Positions 20,869-31,162 are shown, counted from the stretch's first letter. The stretch is 64,000 bases of DNA from an uncultured Candidatus Rokubacteria bacterium (GCA_963754315.1 CAVWFS010000008.1:1-64000), one strand, 5' to 3'. Made by a program: numbers and translations. The notes: a model not told the origin generated them from the letters alone.

Positions 20869-21843
20869 TCACATGCTGGCGAGACCGCTCGACCATCGCC
20901 GGCAGATGTGATGGGCGATCGCGATTGGCGGCGGCAGCGACACTTGCGCTGAATCGTCGGCACCGGCGGCGGCCCGTGCCACCATCTCCTGGACCTCGTG
21001 GCGGGGGAACCAGCGCGCCTCGGCGAGTTCCTCGGGATCGACGGTGATCTCTTCGGTCAGCGCCTCGGCCAGGAACCCAATCATCAGGCTCGACGGAAAC
21101 GGCCACGGCTGTGCGGCGAGATAGCGCACGCGCCCGCAGCGGATGCCCGCCTCCTCGTGCACTTCGCGGCGCACGGCCTCCTCCAGGGTTTCACCTGGCT
21201 CCACGAAGCCGGCCAGGCACGAGAACCGGGCGCCCGCCCGCCGCCGGTTGCGGCCGAGCAGGGCCCGCTCGCCACGGACGACGAGCATGATCACCACGGG
21301 ATCGGTACGCGGAAAATGTGACGCCCGGCACTCCGGGCAGCGGCGCACCCAGCCCGCCGACACGACCCGGGTCGGCGATCCGCACTGGGCGCAGAAGCGA
21401 TGTCGGCCGTGCCAGTCGAGCAGGGAGCGGGCCTCGGCGAGGATGGCCGCCTCGCCGGTGGCGATGGTAGGGGCGAGGGTGCGCACGTCGATCAGTTCGG
21501 TGTCGACGTCTGGAGCGACGTCCGCTCCGGTCGCATCGATCGCGAAGTGTGCGCGTCCATCGCCGAGGCCGAGAAAGATCAGCGGCGCGCCGGCATCGAT
21601 CTGCTCGCGCCACGGCGCCGTCGGCTGCCAGTCGAGCGCGAGGGTCGTGCTGCCGCGGGTGAACGGTTTCAGGTCACGCAGCGCCAGGATGCGAGTCTCA
21701 GGGTTGGCGAGCAGTGCGGCGATCCACTCGCGGTCATCGCGGCGCTCGCTGGCTCGATCCAGCGGGTTGCCGCCGAAGCAGTAGACGTCTTCCATATCAG
21801 CGGCTTGGCGTGACTGGTCGCTCGTCGGTCGGATGGCCGTCAT
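20869..21843 (-). CDS. nudC: NAD(+)/NADH diphosphatase
   Basis: Zn ribbon FCAQCG...CPEC, FPRTDP, Nudix box GFVEPGETLEEAVRREVHEEAG, QPWPFPSSLM. Confidence 0.93.
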   Translation of the reverse strand: MTAIRPTSDQSRQAADMEDVYCFGGNPLDRASERRDDREWIAALLANPETRILALRDLKPFTRGSTTLALDWQPTAPWREQIDAGAPLIFLGLGDGRAHFAIDATGADVAPDVDTELIDVRTLAPTIATGEAAILAEARSLLDWHGRHRFCAQCGSPTRVVSAGWVRRCPECRASHFPRTDPVVIMLVVRGERALLGRNRRRAGARFSCLAGFVEPGETLEEAVRREVHEEAGIRCGRVRYLAAQPWPFPSSLMIGFLAEALTEEITVDPEELAEARWFPRHEVQEMVARAAAGADDSAQVSLPPPIAIAHHICRRWSSGLASM

Positions 21844-21880
21844 CTCTCCCTCAGTGCAGTCTTGAACGTGACCGGGCAGA

Positions 21881-22669
21881 TTATCCACGTGGCCCGAAAA
21901 TGGCCGCGAAGCGAGGGGCCACGTCGGGGGGACCCGTGACGGCGAATTGGGGCTGATCGACTCGGACGCGACCGTATACCGCGACGCAGAGCCAGCCCGG
22001 CGTTGCGCTGATGACCGAACCCTCGGGCTTCGACACGAGCTCCGAGGTCGTGCCCTCGGGCGTGACGGTGAGTTTCCAGCTCCCCGCATCCGATACCAGT
22101 GTGTAGACCTCCTGGCCGCCCTGGGTTCGGCGGGCAGCGAAGACAGGCTCGTCGCGATCCAGCATGAATGGCAGGAGGTAGGCGCCGAGCTCTTCGGCCA
22201 GCGGTCCGCGCTGGCCGAGCGAGTAGCCGATGTCCCAGCGGTGGAAGCCAACCTCGGTGAGGAGCTGGGTACAGAACCAGCGCACGCTCCGCTCGCCAAA
22301 GGGATGGGGGAACGTGTACCGTCCGAGCTGCTCATCCGTCAACCCGGACACGATCTCGATGATTCGCCGACAGCATTCACGGCCATGGTCGGCCCAGCCC
22401 TGCGGGCCCTTCGTCCGGATCTCTGCCTCGCGCGGTCGAGCCGCCTCGCCGAACGCCGGGGTCCTGTCACCGACCGTCGCTCGCTGAATGGCGAGATTGA
22501 TCGAGTCGCACACGCGCGTGATATGAACCGCCACGTCGGCCACGCTCCAGTGTGCCAAGGTGCTGGGTCGGCCGAGCTCCTCTTGTGTGAGGCGCGCAAT
22601 ACGCTCGTTCAGGAGCTCCTGCTCGGGTTTCAGCAGCGCCAGACTTCGTCTCGGATCGATCGCGCTCAT
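21881..22669 (-). CDS. maleylpyruvate isomerase N-terminal (DinB-like) family protein
   Basis: PSTLAHWSVADVAVHI and EVGFHRWDI. Confidence 0.8.
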   Translation of the reverse strand: MSAIDPRRSLALLKPEQELLNERIARLTQEELGRPSTLAHWSVADVAVHITRVCDSINLAIQRATVGDRTPAFGEAARPREAEIRTKGPQGWADHGRECCRRIIEIVSGLTDEQLGRYTFPHPFGERSVRWFCTQLLTEVGFHRWDIGYSLGQRGPLAEELGAYLLPFMLDRDEPVFAARRTQGGQEVYTLVSDAGSWKLTVTPEGTTSELVSKPEGSVISATPGWLCVAVYGRVRVDQPQFAVTGPPDVAPRFAAIFGPRG

Positions 22670-22700
22670 GGTTCACCCTCCCCAGGCGTTGGCGGGTAGC

Positions 22701-23885
22701 CTACGGCTTGGACGGTACGAACGGTTCGAACTCGTAGATGCCACCGTCGGCCATCAAGGCCAGGAAAAGATGGCCATCGCGAATGATGTACGAGCGGATA
22801 TAGGTCCAGTGTTTGACGATCCTGTCGTGCAGGGACCCGTCAGGACACTTGGCGCGCGTCAGGGCCAATGGCCCGAATTCGAGTTGACTCGAGACGCTCG
22901 ACTTCCAGGTCCCGCGTCCCTGATTGCAGTCGATGCGCGCGGTCAGCCGCCCGCCGGCGCCGAACTCGATCGTGTACTTGGCCTTGTCGTCGGGCGTGAG
23001 CGTCGTATCGTCGCTGCCCTGGAATCGTACGAGCCGCCACGCCGTACCCTGCAGAGCGGGTGAGGTAGCCGCGCGCGGTGTCGGAGGCCGCGCCTCGAAT
23101 GCCGCCAGCCGGGCCCCCGTTCCGTCGAACAACTCCAGGCGATCGCCGACAATCATCCAGCGGCTGGCGCCGGTGAGGGCGGCCCGAACCCCAAGCTCGA
23201 TGTCCGCAGTATCTGGACAGGCCATCTGCGTCCCCGCCATCTGACCGAACGTGATTCCATCTCCCTTTAACTCGTAGCCTCCCGTGATCCGGTTGCACCC
23301 ATCGGAGCCCGACACACGGCCCCCCGCCTCGAACACCAGATGCGCCTCACGCTTGACATCCTGCGTGGGTGTGGGCTTTCCCGCGAGATCGATCGCCCGC
23401 CAGTAGGTCGCTTCGAGAGGACGCGCTGACGGACTGGTGGGCGAGCCTGGACTGGCGGAAGCTTTCTGCCCCGCGCCGACTCGACGGAGCATCATGGACA
23501 CACTGGTGGGGTTGCCGCGAGTGATCACCGGAGTCGCGACGTCGCTGGTGAAGAGGAGCTTGCCGTCGAGGAGGATCCGGACGCGAACGACATATCGGTG
23601 GTCGGGAAGGATTTTCGCCTGATCGTAGGCAATGGTGAACGCGATAGGCGGATTGCCCGGTGACTCGACGCGCGTACTCGCGACCACCGTCGCGGGCGCG
23701 TCCGCCCGTGACACGTCCTGGATCGTCGCCTCGAGGACTGCTCCGGGCGGCAATGCCATGCGTTCTCGATACGTCGCGGTCCCCTGGATCGTTTGGGCCA
23801 TGGCCTGCGTCGCCAGCAGCGCGAGGACTATCGTCAGAAAGATACACGCAAGGGTCCTCGTTCCCACGGCGACACTGAAGGTCAT
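22701..23885 (-). CDS. exported YbaY-domain protein with two META (HslJ) domains
   Basis: Signal peptide; YRERMALPPGA...DVSRADAPA (YbaY); GSDGCN..TQMAC and IDCN..TRAKC (META x2). Confidence 0.88.
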   Translation of the reverse strand: MTFSVAVGTRTLACIFLTIVLALLATQAMAQTIQGTATYRERMALPPGAVLEATIQDVSRADAPATVVASTRVESPGNPPIAFTIAYDQAKILPDHRYVVRVRILLDGKLLFTSDVATPVITRGNPTSVSMMLRRVGAGQKASASPGSPTSPSARPLEATYWRAIDLAGKPTPTQDVKREAHLVFEAGGRVSGSDGCNRITGGYELKGDGITFGQMAGTQMACPDTADIELGVRAALTGASRWMIVGDRLELFDGTGARLAAFEARPPTPRAATSPALQGTAWRLVRFQGSDDTTLTPDDKAKYTIEFGAGGRLTARIDCNQGRGTWKSSVSSQLEFGPLALTRAKCPDGSLHDRIVKHWTYIRSYIIRDGHLFLALMADGGIYEFEPFVPSKP

Positions 23886-24059
23886 ACTCGCGCGCCTGTC
23901 ACCTTCCGCAGATGTCGTCCATGCTTGTCCCGAGCGATGATCGCAGAAGAACGTGGCATCGCCAATGACCGGCGCCCGGGCGGGCCGTGTGAGTTGGCGG
24001 CTACTTACGGGCCTGCTACCACCATTAGCTGCCACAGTGTGTTCACTCTCGACGCGCCA

Positions 24060-24647
24060 TCACTTTCGGAGGCCGGCAAGTCTAGCCACTTGCTCGATCA
24101 GAACCTCTGGATCGTTCGTGATACCAGCAGCGCCTTGGACGGGTCCGTCGACTTTCCTGGTGTAAAAGAAGACAGGGATAGCGGGGTGCTGCGCGCGGAC
24201 GTGCTGGAGTAAGGCTAGCCCGTCCTCTTGCCCTTGTGGCCGTGCGATGTCCGATATGACGATATCGTAGCGGGCGGCCCGCATCGCCACTAGTGCGTCC
24301 GCGTTCGTCGTATACGAATCTACAAATATTCCGAGCTGGCCCAGAGCCTGTCGTTCGAAGAGGTTGTCAAGGAGCTTATCGTCAACCCAAAGGACTCGCG
24401 ACGATGGTACGCGCATGATTGTCCTCGCCAGTCCTCCAGGGAAGTCCATCGCCGCGAGGGCTATGCCCTTCTCCTTCGCCGCCTTTTGCATAAATTGGAG
24501 CAGCCCATCTGTGTCAATCTCGATGCCTTTGGGGCCGGCCGAAAAGCACCCTCCAATCAGAGCGATCACGATCAAGGCAGTCCCTCGGAGAATAAGGCCA
24601 CCGCGGGACCACCATCGTGGCGTAGGCTGCCTGGTATCCATCGACAT
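24060..24647 (-). CDS. receiver-domain protein with hydrophobic, lipoprotein-like N-terminus
   Basis: VLWVDD, YDIVISDIAR, DGLALL, PVFFYT; N-terminal LIVIALIGGC. Confidence 0.75.
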   Translation of the reverse strand: MSMDTRQPTPRWWSRGGLILRGTALIVIALIGGCFSAGPKGIEIDTDGLLQFMQKAAKEKGIALAAMDFPGGLARTIMRVPSSRVLWVDDKLLDNLFERQALGQLGIFVDSYTTNADALVAMRAARYDIVISDIARPQGQEDGLALLQHVRAQHPAIPVFFYTRKVDGPVQGAAGITNDPEVLIEQVARLAGLRK

Positions 24648-25350
24648 CAGCAATTGTCCGTGATTCTTGAAGTCGTGGGACGCCAGAGGCTCGGCTGGTC
24701 CGGCTGAACCTCGCTGCCACTCACCGCCTCGGCGGCGGCGGGCAAGGTGGTATCGGTCACCGCCGCGTAGCGACGCATCATCCGCTCCGTCTTCCACCCC
24801 CCGAGCGCCATCACGATGGGCGAGGTAAACCCCTTGTTGAGCGCCATGGTCGCGCCGTGGTGCCGCAGGTCGTGGAAGTGGAAGTCCTTGAGCCCGGCGC
24901 CGCGGGCGGCCTTCCGAAACACGAGGGCGACTCGCTTCCGACTGTATGGGCCTCCGTGCGGGGCAGGAAACACCCACGGACTCGCCGAGGGCAAGGTCTC
25001 GCGATGGCCCCGGAGGATCTTCTGCGCCGCCGCGCTCAGGATCACGGGGCGGGGCTCGGTCTTGGTCTGCGGCAGCAGGATCACGCCTTGCTCGAGGTGC
25101 ACCATCTCCCAGCGGAGCGTGCGGACCTCGGTGAGGCGCATGAGGGTCAGGGCCGCCAGCCGCGCGATCTCCCGGAACGGCGCCGGCATCGGCTCGAAGA
25201 CGAGTGAGCTCCTCCTCGGGGCGGAGCCACCGGACCCGCGTGTGGTCGTCACGGAACAAGGCGCCCGGCGGGAAGCGATAGTCTGGCCGTGCCTTCTTGA
25301 GCGCAGCCCGCAGCGTGACCAGGTCACGGTTCACCGTGCTCACCACGTCA
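24647..25350 (-). pseudogene. tyrosine recombinase/integrase remnant (5'-truncated, frameshift ~25205)
   Basis: STVNRDLVTLRAAL, RVRWLRPEE, catalytic R (MRLTE), K (TKT), HDLRH, LGGW, Y (RRY). Confidence 0.85.
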
Positions 25351-25437
25351 TGGATGCGCACGGTGCGCGCGCGGACGTGTCCGGCGAGGGCGACGGCGGC
25401 CCTGGTCGGCGAGGTCGGGACTCGATGCGCGAGACCT

Positions 25438-26220
25438 TCACTTCCCCGCGCTGGAGGCTGCTTGGCGCACTCGCTCCAGGTACGCTTCGCTGCCCTGCTG
25501 GAGCAGCCGGCCCACGCTGCTGTGGAAATATTGCACGCCGAGGCCCAGAAATTTGGGGATGAGATTGTCGGGACAGCTACACCCGGCAATTCGGCCGGCG
25601 CCGGTGATCATCTTGACACCGCTCTCCATCATCCGCTGAACTTCCGGATGGGCCTGCTGTCCCGTGTAGCCCATGGATTGCGACAGGTCGCCGGATCCGA
25701 TGAAATACACGTCTACACCCGGCACCTGGACGAGCTCCGGCAAGTTCTCGATGGCCACGACTTCTTCTAGCATCAGACACACCAAGGTCTGGCGGTTGGC
25801 CTCCTTGGCGTAGTCTCCGGTGTTGCCCTTGAAACCGTAGTGAGCCGGCCGCCCTCCACTGAAAATCCCCCGGTGGCCCTCCGGACCATATTTCACCGCG
25901 TCCACGGCGGCGCGCGCCTCGTCGGCGGTATTGACGTGGGGGACTTGCACGCCCCAGGCCCCTCGATCCAGGAACGGGGCAATGATCTCGGGTCTATTTC
26001 CAACCGGACGGACGATGGGTGCCATGCCGGTCAGTTCGGCCGCGGCGATACAGGCCTCGGCGGTATCCACCGTGATGGAGCCGTGCTCGTTGTCGAGGAG
26101 GATCCAGTCGAACCCGAGATGTCCCAGCATCTCCACCACCGGCGGCGACGGAAACGTGCACATGACGCCGAAGGCCGCCTTCCCGGCATAGAGCCGCTGC
26201 TTGAGTGTGTTCTCGCGCAT
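25438..26220 (-). CDS. HpcH/HpaI aldolase family protein
   Basis: GFDWILLDNEHG, LDRGAWGVQVPHV, YFIGSGDLSQSMG. Confidence 0.92.
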   Translation of the reverse strand: MRENTLKQRLYAGKAAFGVMCTFPSPPVVEMLGHLGFDWILLDNEHGSITVDTAEACIAAAELTGMAPIVRPVGNRPEIIAPFLDRGAWGVQVPHVNTADEARAAVDAVKYGPEGHRGIFSGGRPAHYGFKGNTGDYAKEANRQTLVCLMLEEVVAIENLPELVQVPGVDVYFIGSGDLSQSMGYTGQQAHPEVQRMMESGVKMITGAGRIAGCSCPDNLIPKFLGLGVQYFHSSVGRLLQQGSEAYLERVRQAASSAGK

Positions 26221-26339
26221 GATCATTCGAGTATAAGCCAGCGGCAGTAAGCGGCAGGCCCTCGACCATGGTGCGATACACTGCGACCCGAGCGGGGGTA
26301 TACTCGGCGCCTACTTCTCGCTGATGGAGGTCCGATCGC

Positions 26340-26603
26340 ATGGCGACGTACATGGTTGAGCGCGACCTCAAGGGCATCACGATGGACCAGCTGGCGGCGG
26401 CGCAGCGGCGAGCGATCAGCACCGGACAGGAGATGACGGCGGCGGGCAAGGACGTTCGGTACATCCGCAGCACCTTCGTCCCGGGCGAGGCACGCTGTAT
26501 GTGTCTGTTCGAGTCGTCCAATCGGGCGCACGTTGAGGAGCTTCAGGGTAAGGCGCAGATACCGTACTCGCGGGTCGTGGAGGCCCTCGACCTCACTCCC
26601 TGA
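26340..26603 (+). CDS. DUF4242 (SCO4226-like) protein
   Basis: YMVERDL, VRYIRS, CMCLFES, IPYSRVVEA; GGAGG RBS. Confidence 0.8.
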   Translation: MATYMVERDLKGITMDQLAAAQRRAISTGQEMTAAGKDVRYIRSTFVPGEARCMCLFESSNRAHVEELQGKAQIPYSRVVEALDLTP

Positions 26604-26644
26604 CGAGACGCGTCGGTACGGGCAAGGCTATCGTTCAAATCTAG

Positions 26645-26673
26645 TTGACAACATGCCTCACGCGTGCGTTAAT
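26645..26673 (+). promoter_or_regulatory. sigma70-type promoter of the cold-shock gene
   Basis: TTGACA, 17 nt spacer, GTTAAT with an extended TG. Confidence 0.6.
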
Positions 26674-26735
26674 GTGGAAGCTCTGGTGTTTTGTAACGGC
26701 AAACGCACTCAGTTGAGCAGTCTGAGATCGAAGAT

Positions 26736-26775
26736 GACGCCGCGCGAGATCCAGTCGTGCGGCGTTTTTTTGTTT
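26736..26775 (+). terminator. terminator-like hairpin in the csp 5' leader
   Basis: GACGCCGCGCGA-gatccag-TCGTGCGGCGTT followed by TTTTTGTTT. Confidence 0.65.
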
Positions 26776-26854
26776 GCCTTCGCATCTCAGCAGGCGCTCC
26801 CCGCTCACGGTGGAGCATCCACGGGGCAGGGTGCCCCTGAAAGGACGACCGGAA

Positions 26855-27055
26855 ATGGCAACAGGACAGGTGAAGTGGTTCAACGACGCGAAGGGGTTCG
26901 GTTTCATCACTCAAGAAGGGGGCGAGGACGTTTTCGTGCACTTCAGCGCGATTCAGGCGGCGGGCTTCAAGAGCCTGACCGAGGGCGAGCGCGTGGAGTT
27001 CGACATCACTCGCGGCCCGAAGGGCCTGCAGGCGGCGAACGTCCGCAAGGCCTAA
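26855..27055 (+). CDS. cspA: cold-shock protein
   Basis: [18 protein letters not shown]...DVFVHFSAI...[10 protein letters not shown]. Confidence 0.97.
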   Translation: MATGQVKWFNDAKGFGFITQEGGEDVFVHFSAIQAAGFKSLTEGERVEFDITRGPKGLQAANVRKA

Positions 27056-27074
27056 CTCCCTAACGCATAACTGG

Positions 27075-27114
27075 TGGCGACGGTAACGCCCGGAAGACCG
27101 GGCGGCCGTCGCCA
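27075..27114. terminator. GC-rich hairpin between convergent csp and SDR genes
   Basis: TGGCGACGG-taa-CGCCCGG-aaga-CCGGGCG-g-CCGTCGCCA; no U tract. Confidence 0.5.
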
Positions 27115-27150
27115 GCAACCTGCGCGACGACGTCACTTGTCGGCGGTCTG

Positions 27151-27933
27151 TCAGCGCTGTTCGAGTGATGTCGGCGCGCTCGACCACAAGCCGCCGGCTA
27201 GATAGCCTCCATCCACCGCCAGCGTGTGTCCGGTGACGAAGCTAGCCTCGTCGGAGGCAAGGAAAAGGGCAGCGCGGGCGACCTCGTCAGGTTCGCCGAA
27301 GCGGCCCATGGGAATACGCTCGGCACGTCGCTGCCGTGCCTCGGCGGGCAGGCTCCGGGTCATCCGGGTGTCGATCTGGGCGGGGGCGATGGCATTCACC
27401 GCGACGCGATGCTGGGCCAGCTCGACGGCCATGGTCCGTGTCAGCTCGACGACACCCGCCTTGGCGACGTTGTAGCCCACCAGGTTCTCGACCCCGCGAA
27501 AGCCGTTGATCGACGCGGTGATGATGATCCGTCCACCCCCCTGCTTGACCATCTGGCGCGCCGCGGCCTGACAACACAGGAACACTCCCGTGAGGTTCAC
27601 CCGGAGCACGCGATGCCACTGCTCCTCCGGGTGTTCGAGGAAGGGCGCCGAGTGGGCGATGCCGGCGTTGGCGAACATCACATCGAGCCGCCCGAACTCT
27701 CCGACCACCCGATCGACGAAAGCCTGTACCTGTGGGGAGTCGCCCACGTCCACGCCGACGGCGATGGCGTGCCCGCCGCGCTCGACAATCTCCTTGGCTA
27801 CGGCCTCGGCGCCGCCGACCTCGACGTCGCCGAGGGCGACGCTTGCCCCCTCGGTCGCGAAGCACAAGGCCGTGGCTCGCCCGATGCCCAAGGCGCCGCC
27901 GGTAATCGCGGCTATTCGTCCTTCCAGACGCAT
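27151..27933 (-). CDS. SDR family oxidoreductase
   Basis: TGGALGIG, NAGI, YNVAK, VTGHTLAVDGG. Confidence 0.95.
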   Translation of the reverse strand: MRLEGRIAAITGGALGIGRATALCFATEGASVALGDVEVGGAEAVAKEIVERGGHAIAVGVDVGDSPQVQAFVDRVVGEFGRLDVMFANAGIAHSAPFLEHPEEQWHRVLRVNLTGVFLCCQAAARQMVKQGGGRIIITASINGFRGVENLVGYNVAKAGVVELTRTMAVELAQHRVAVNAIAPAQIDTRMTRSLPAEARQRRAERIPMGRFGEPDEVARAALFLASDEASFVTGHTLAVDGGYLAGGLWSSAPTSLEQR

Positions 27934-27971
27934 CCCGTTCCCTCCTTCCCGACGCTCAAGACCTCATCGTC

Positions 27972-30276
27972 TTACTCTCGGGCAATCGCCCGCCAGATCT
28001 TCTCCGCTGTGAGCGGCATGTCGAGGTGGTAGACGCCAAACGGCGACAGCGCGTCCACGACCGCGTTCACGATGGCGGGGGGCGCCACGCAGGCGCTGCC
28101 CTCGCCGACACCTTTCACGCCCAGCGGGTTGAGGGGAGACGGCGTCACCGTGCGATCGATCACCAGCTCGGGCATGTCGTCGGCGCGAGGGATCGCGTAC
28201 TCCATGAACGTGCCGGTGAGCAGCTGACCGTCCTGGTCATAGGCAATGCGCTCCACCAGCGCCTGGCCAAACCCCTGGGCGAAGCCGCCAACGATCTGCC
28301 CTTCGACGAGCAGCGGATTGATCGCGTTGCCGCAGTCGTCAACCGCGATGAACCGTTCGAGGCGGACCTGGCCGGTATCACGCGCCACGCGGACCACGGC
28401 CAGGCCGGCGCCGAAACTCCAGGAGGGGTGATCCTGGCGGAAGAACACCGTTGCTTCGAGCCCCGGCGTTTCCTGGGGAGGTAGTCCCATCGCGCGGTGT
28501 GCAAACTCACCGATCCGATCCCAGCCGACGATTCGCTCCGGAACGCCCGTTACCTGAAATCCGCCACGCACGAGCCGGAGATCCTCAGGGTTCGCTTCCA
28601 GGAGACGAGCCGCGAGCCGCCGGCCCTTCTCTCTGATCTCTGCTGAGGCCTGAGCCAACGCGCTCCCCCCGAGGCCGGCGCTGCGGCTACCGAATGTCCC
28701 GATCGCCTGGGGAGCGCCCAAGGTGTCGCCGTGACGCACGATGACCTCGTCGTGGCCGACGCCGAGCTGGTCGGCAATGATCTGGGCAAACGTCGTCTCG
28801 TGCCCCTGGCCGTGCGGGCTTGAGCCGGTGATGGCCGTGATCGCGCCGCTCCGCTCCACCCTGACAACCCCGCTTTCCCAACCCAGGACATTGGTGGATT
28901 CGACGTAGGCCGCCACCCCGATGCCCATGATCTCGCCGCGCGTGCGGGCGACGGCCTGCTCTCGACGCAGCCGCTGATAGTCGGCCAGCTCCACCACCCG
29001 ATCGAGGGCGCGAGCGTAATTCCCGGAGTCGTAGGCGACGCCGAATGGGGTGCGATGGGGGAACGCCTCGGGCGGGACGAAGTTGCGCCGACGAATCTCG
29101 ACGGGATCGAGGGCAGTTGCCCGCGCGGCCTCGTCCATGAGGCGTTCGATGAGATAGACGCCGACGGGCCGTCCGGATCCCCGATACGGGCCGGTCGGCG
29201 CGGTATTCGTGTAAGCGCCGACGCTCAGCAGCTCGGCGTTCTGGATCCGATAGGGGCCGAAGATGTGGGTCGAGTGAGACATCGGGGGCACGAGCGAGAG
29301 GGAAAGCAGATGCGCTCCCAGATCGAAGACGGTCTTGGCGCGCAGACCGACGATTTCTCCCTCGGCCGTCACCGCCGCCTCGGCCTCCGAGACCGCCGCC
29401 CGAGCCTGGATCGTGGTGAGCAGGTCCTCGGTACGGGTGGACATCCATCGAATGGGCCGCTTGAGCTGGCGCGAGAGCGTCGCCGCGACGATTTCTTCGC
29501 GGTAGAGCGGCCCCTTCACCCCGAAGCCCCCTCCGACATCCGGCGCGATGACGCGTAGCTTGTGTTCCGGGAAGCCGAGGACCGCGGCCAGGTCGGCCCG
29601 CGACAGAAAGGGATTCTGGGTCGTCAGCCACAGGGTCAACTCGTCATTGCCCGGGTCGTAGCACGCGAGCACGCCTCGGGGTTCCATGGGTGCGCCGGCC
29701 AGGCGGTTGTGGTCGAGCCGCACCTTCACGATGTGAGCGGCTTTGGAAAACGCGCCGTCGACATCCCCGCCCTTGAGCGGCCAGCGGAACGCCTGGTTAG
29801 TCCCAAGCTCGGGGTGAACGAGTGGGGCGCCTGGCTCGAGGGCGCGCTCCGGGTCGGCAAGGGCGGGCAGAGGCTGGTACTCGACGTCGATGAGCTCGGC
29901 GGCGTCGCGGGCGAGGGACACGCTCTCCGCGACGACCGCCGCCACAGGCACACCGGTCGAGTCGACGACGGCTCCGGCCAGATAGGGACACGAGGCTTGT
30001 AGCAGCCCTGGGAGCGTTGCCATGAACGGAAGGGGTCGCAACGGCGGGAGATCCCCAGCCGTCACGACGCAGACCACGCCAGGGGCCGTCCGGGCGGCGT
30101 CGGTCCGGATCGCGGTGACGCGAGCGTGGGCATGAGGGACTTCGGAGAAACACGAGGTGCGCTAAACCCGGGAGCGTGATGTCCTCGACGTATCGCCCGC
30201 GACCCGTGATCAGCTTCGGATCCTCCGTCCGCTTGAGCGAACGGCCGACATACGGCTCCCGATCGATCGCACTCAT
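27972..30276 (-). CDS. xanthine dehydrogenase/CoxL-like molybdopterin-binding subunit, frameshift ~30135
   Basis: KRTEDPKLITGRGRY, DVGGGFG, PYRGSGR, GQGHETTFAQ, FGSRS, GVKGVGE. Lacks the AYRCSFR signature of form I CODH. Confidence 0.9.
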
Positions 30277-30284
30277 GGTGACAC

Positions 30285-30437
30285 TCAATCAAGTCCCGAC
30301 GGGCCAGTGTGACGCAACGCGAGCATCCAGTCCAGGAACTGCGCGAGGATCAGCGCGTGGCCAAGCATGAGGCCCGCGACGACCCCGGTGAAGAGGACAG
30401 CGAGACACCAGCTCGCCCAGTACAGGCGTTCGGTCAC
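30285..30437 (-). CDS. 50-aa hydrophobic ORF, possibly a truncated membrane protein
   Basis: Manual translation from GTG: MTERLYWASWCLAVLFTGVVAGLMLGHALILAQFLDWMLALRHTGPSGLD; 20 nt downstream of the cytochrome gene. Confidence 0.4.
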   Translation of the reverse strand: MTERLYWASWCLAVLFTGVVAGLMLGHALILAQFLDWMLALRHTGPSGLD

Positions 30438-30457
30438 CTCAGAGCGCGCCTCGCCTC

Positions 30458-31162
30458 CTAGCGAACGGGGTTCTTCTGCGGCAGCCGTCGCTGCTCTTGC
30501 AGCCAGGCCGCCAGGGTTTTCATCCGCGGTTCAGAGAAGGGAGCATCGGGGTGCTGGCTGTGGAGCCGGAGCGCCGAATCGATCAGTGCCGATCGGTCGA
30601 GGAGGGCACGCCGGGCGCGCGGGATCAGAATGTAGCGGTAGAGCAGGTGATCGACGATGGAGAGTTTCGTTGCCATGTCGATTTCGGACAGGATGTCATC
30701 GGCGTTGAAGTGCGGATCCTGGGCGCATTGGGCGAGGAACGTTTGCAAGGGTTGGAGATCCGCCGCTTGGCCGGGACCGGCGATCACGACCACCGGCACC
30801 TCGTTCGGCCCCGGGTGCGAGGAGACGGCGTGGCAGAGGGCGCAGTTACCGGCGACCCGGACGTAACCGACCGTTTTCTTCGCGAACCCCGCCGGCATCT
30901 CTTTGCCTTCCTCCCACGGGCGGCCGAGCGCAGCGTAGCCGCCCTGGCCGGGCAGGTACGCCGGGCAGATGCGTGGCAGCACCAGCCAGACCCAGTAGGG
31001 GATGCCGGCAGTGCGCTCGGCACCGACCGAGCCGTAGAGGAAGGCGTCGCGCTGATTGGCGGTGATCCAGCTGGGCTGCGGCACGTCGCGGTAGAGCTTG
31101 TACCAGGCGGCGAGGCCGGCGGCGAACACAACCAGGACGGCGACGGCGAGCAGTCTCTTCAT
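30458..31162 (-). CDS. membrane-anchored monoheme c-type cytochrome, paralogue of the first half of the adjacent RoxA-like domain
   Basis: N-terminal anchor, FLYGSVGAE..GIPYWVWLVLP, NCALCH. Confidence 0.8.
   Translation of the reverse strand: MKRLLAVAVLVVFAAGLAAWYKLYRDVPQPSWITANQRDAFLYGSVGAERTAGIPYWVWLVLPRICPAYLPGQGGYAALGRPWEEGKEMPAGFAKKTVGYVRVAGNCALCHAVSSHPGPNEVPVVVIAGPGQAADLQPLQTFLAQCAQDPHFNADDILSEIDMATKLSIVDHLLYRYILIPRARRALLDRSALIDSALRLHSQHPDAPFSEPRMKTLAAWLQEQRRLPQKNPVR

Noticed and set aside
5320..25350. One island bounded by the tRNA fragment and the integrase remnant
   Set aside because: No second att copy was seen, and the interval holds many core-like metabolic genes.
24060..25589. 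509-aa integrase-response regulator fusion
   Set aside because: The catalytic integrase part is in another frame; the ORF only links two genes through an open frame.
26695..26770. c-di-GMP-I riboswitch (GGCAAAC)
   Set aside because: The GNRA-capped P2 stem and GCAAAG elements are absent.
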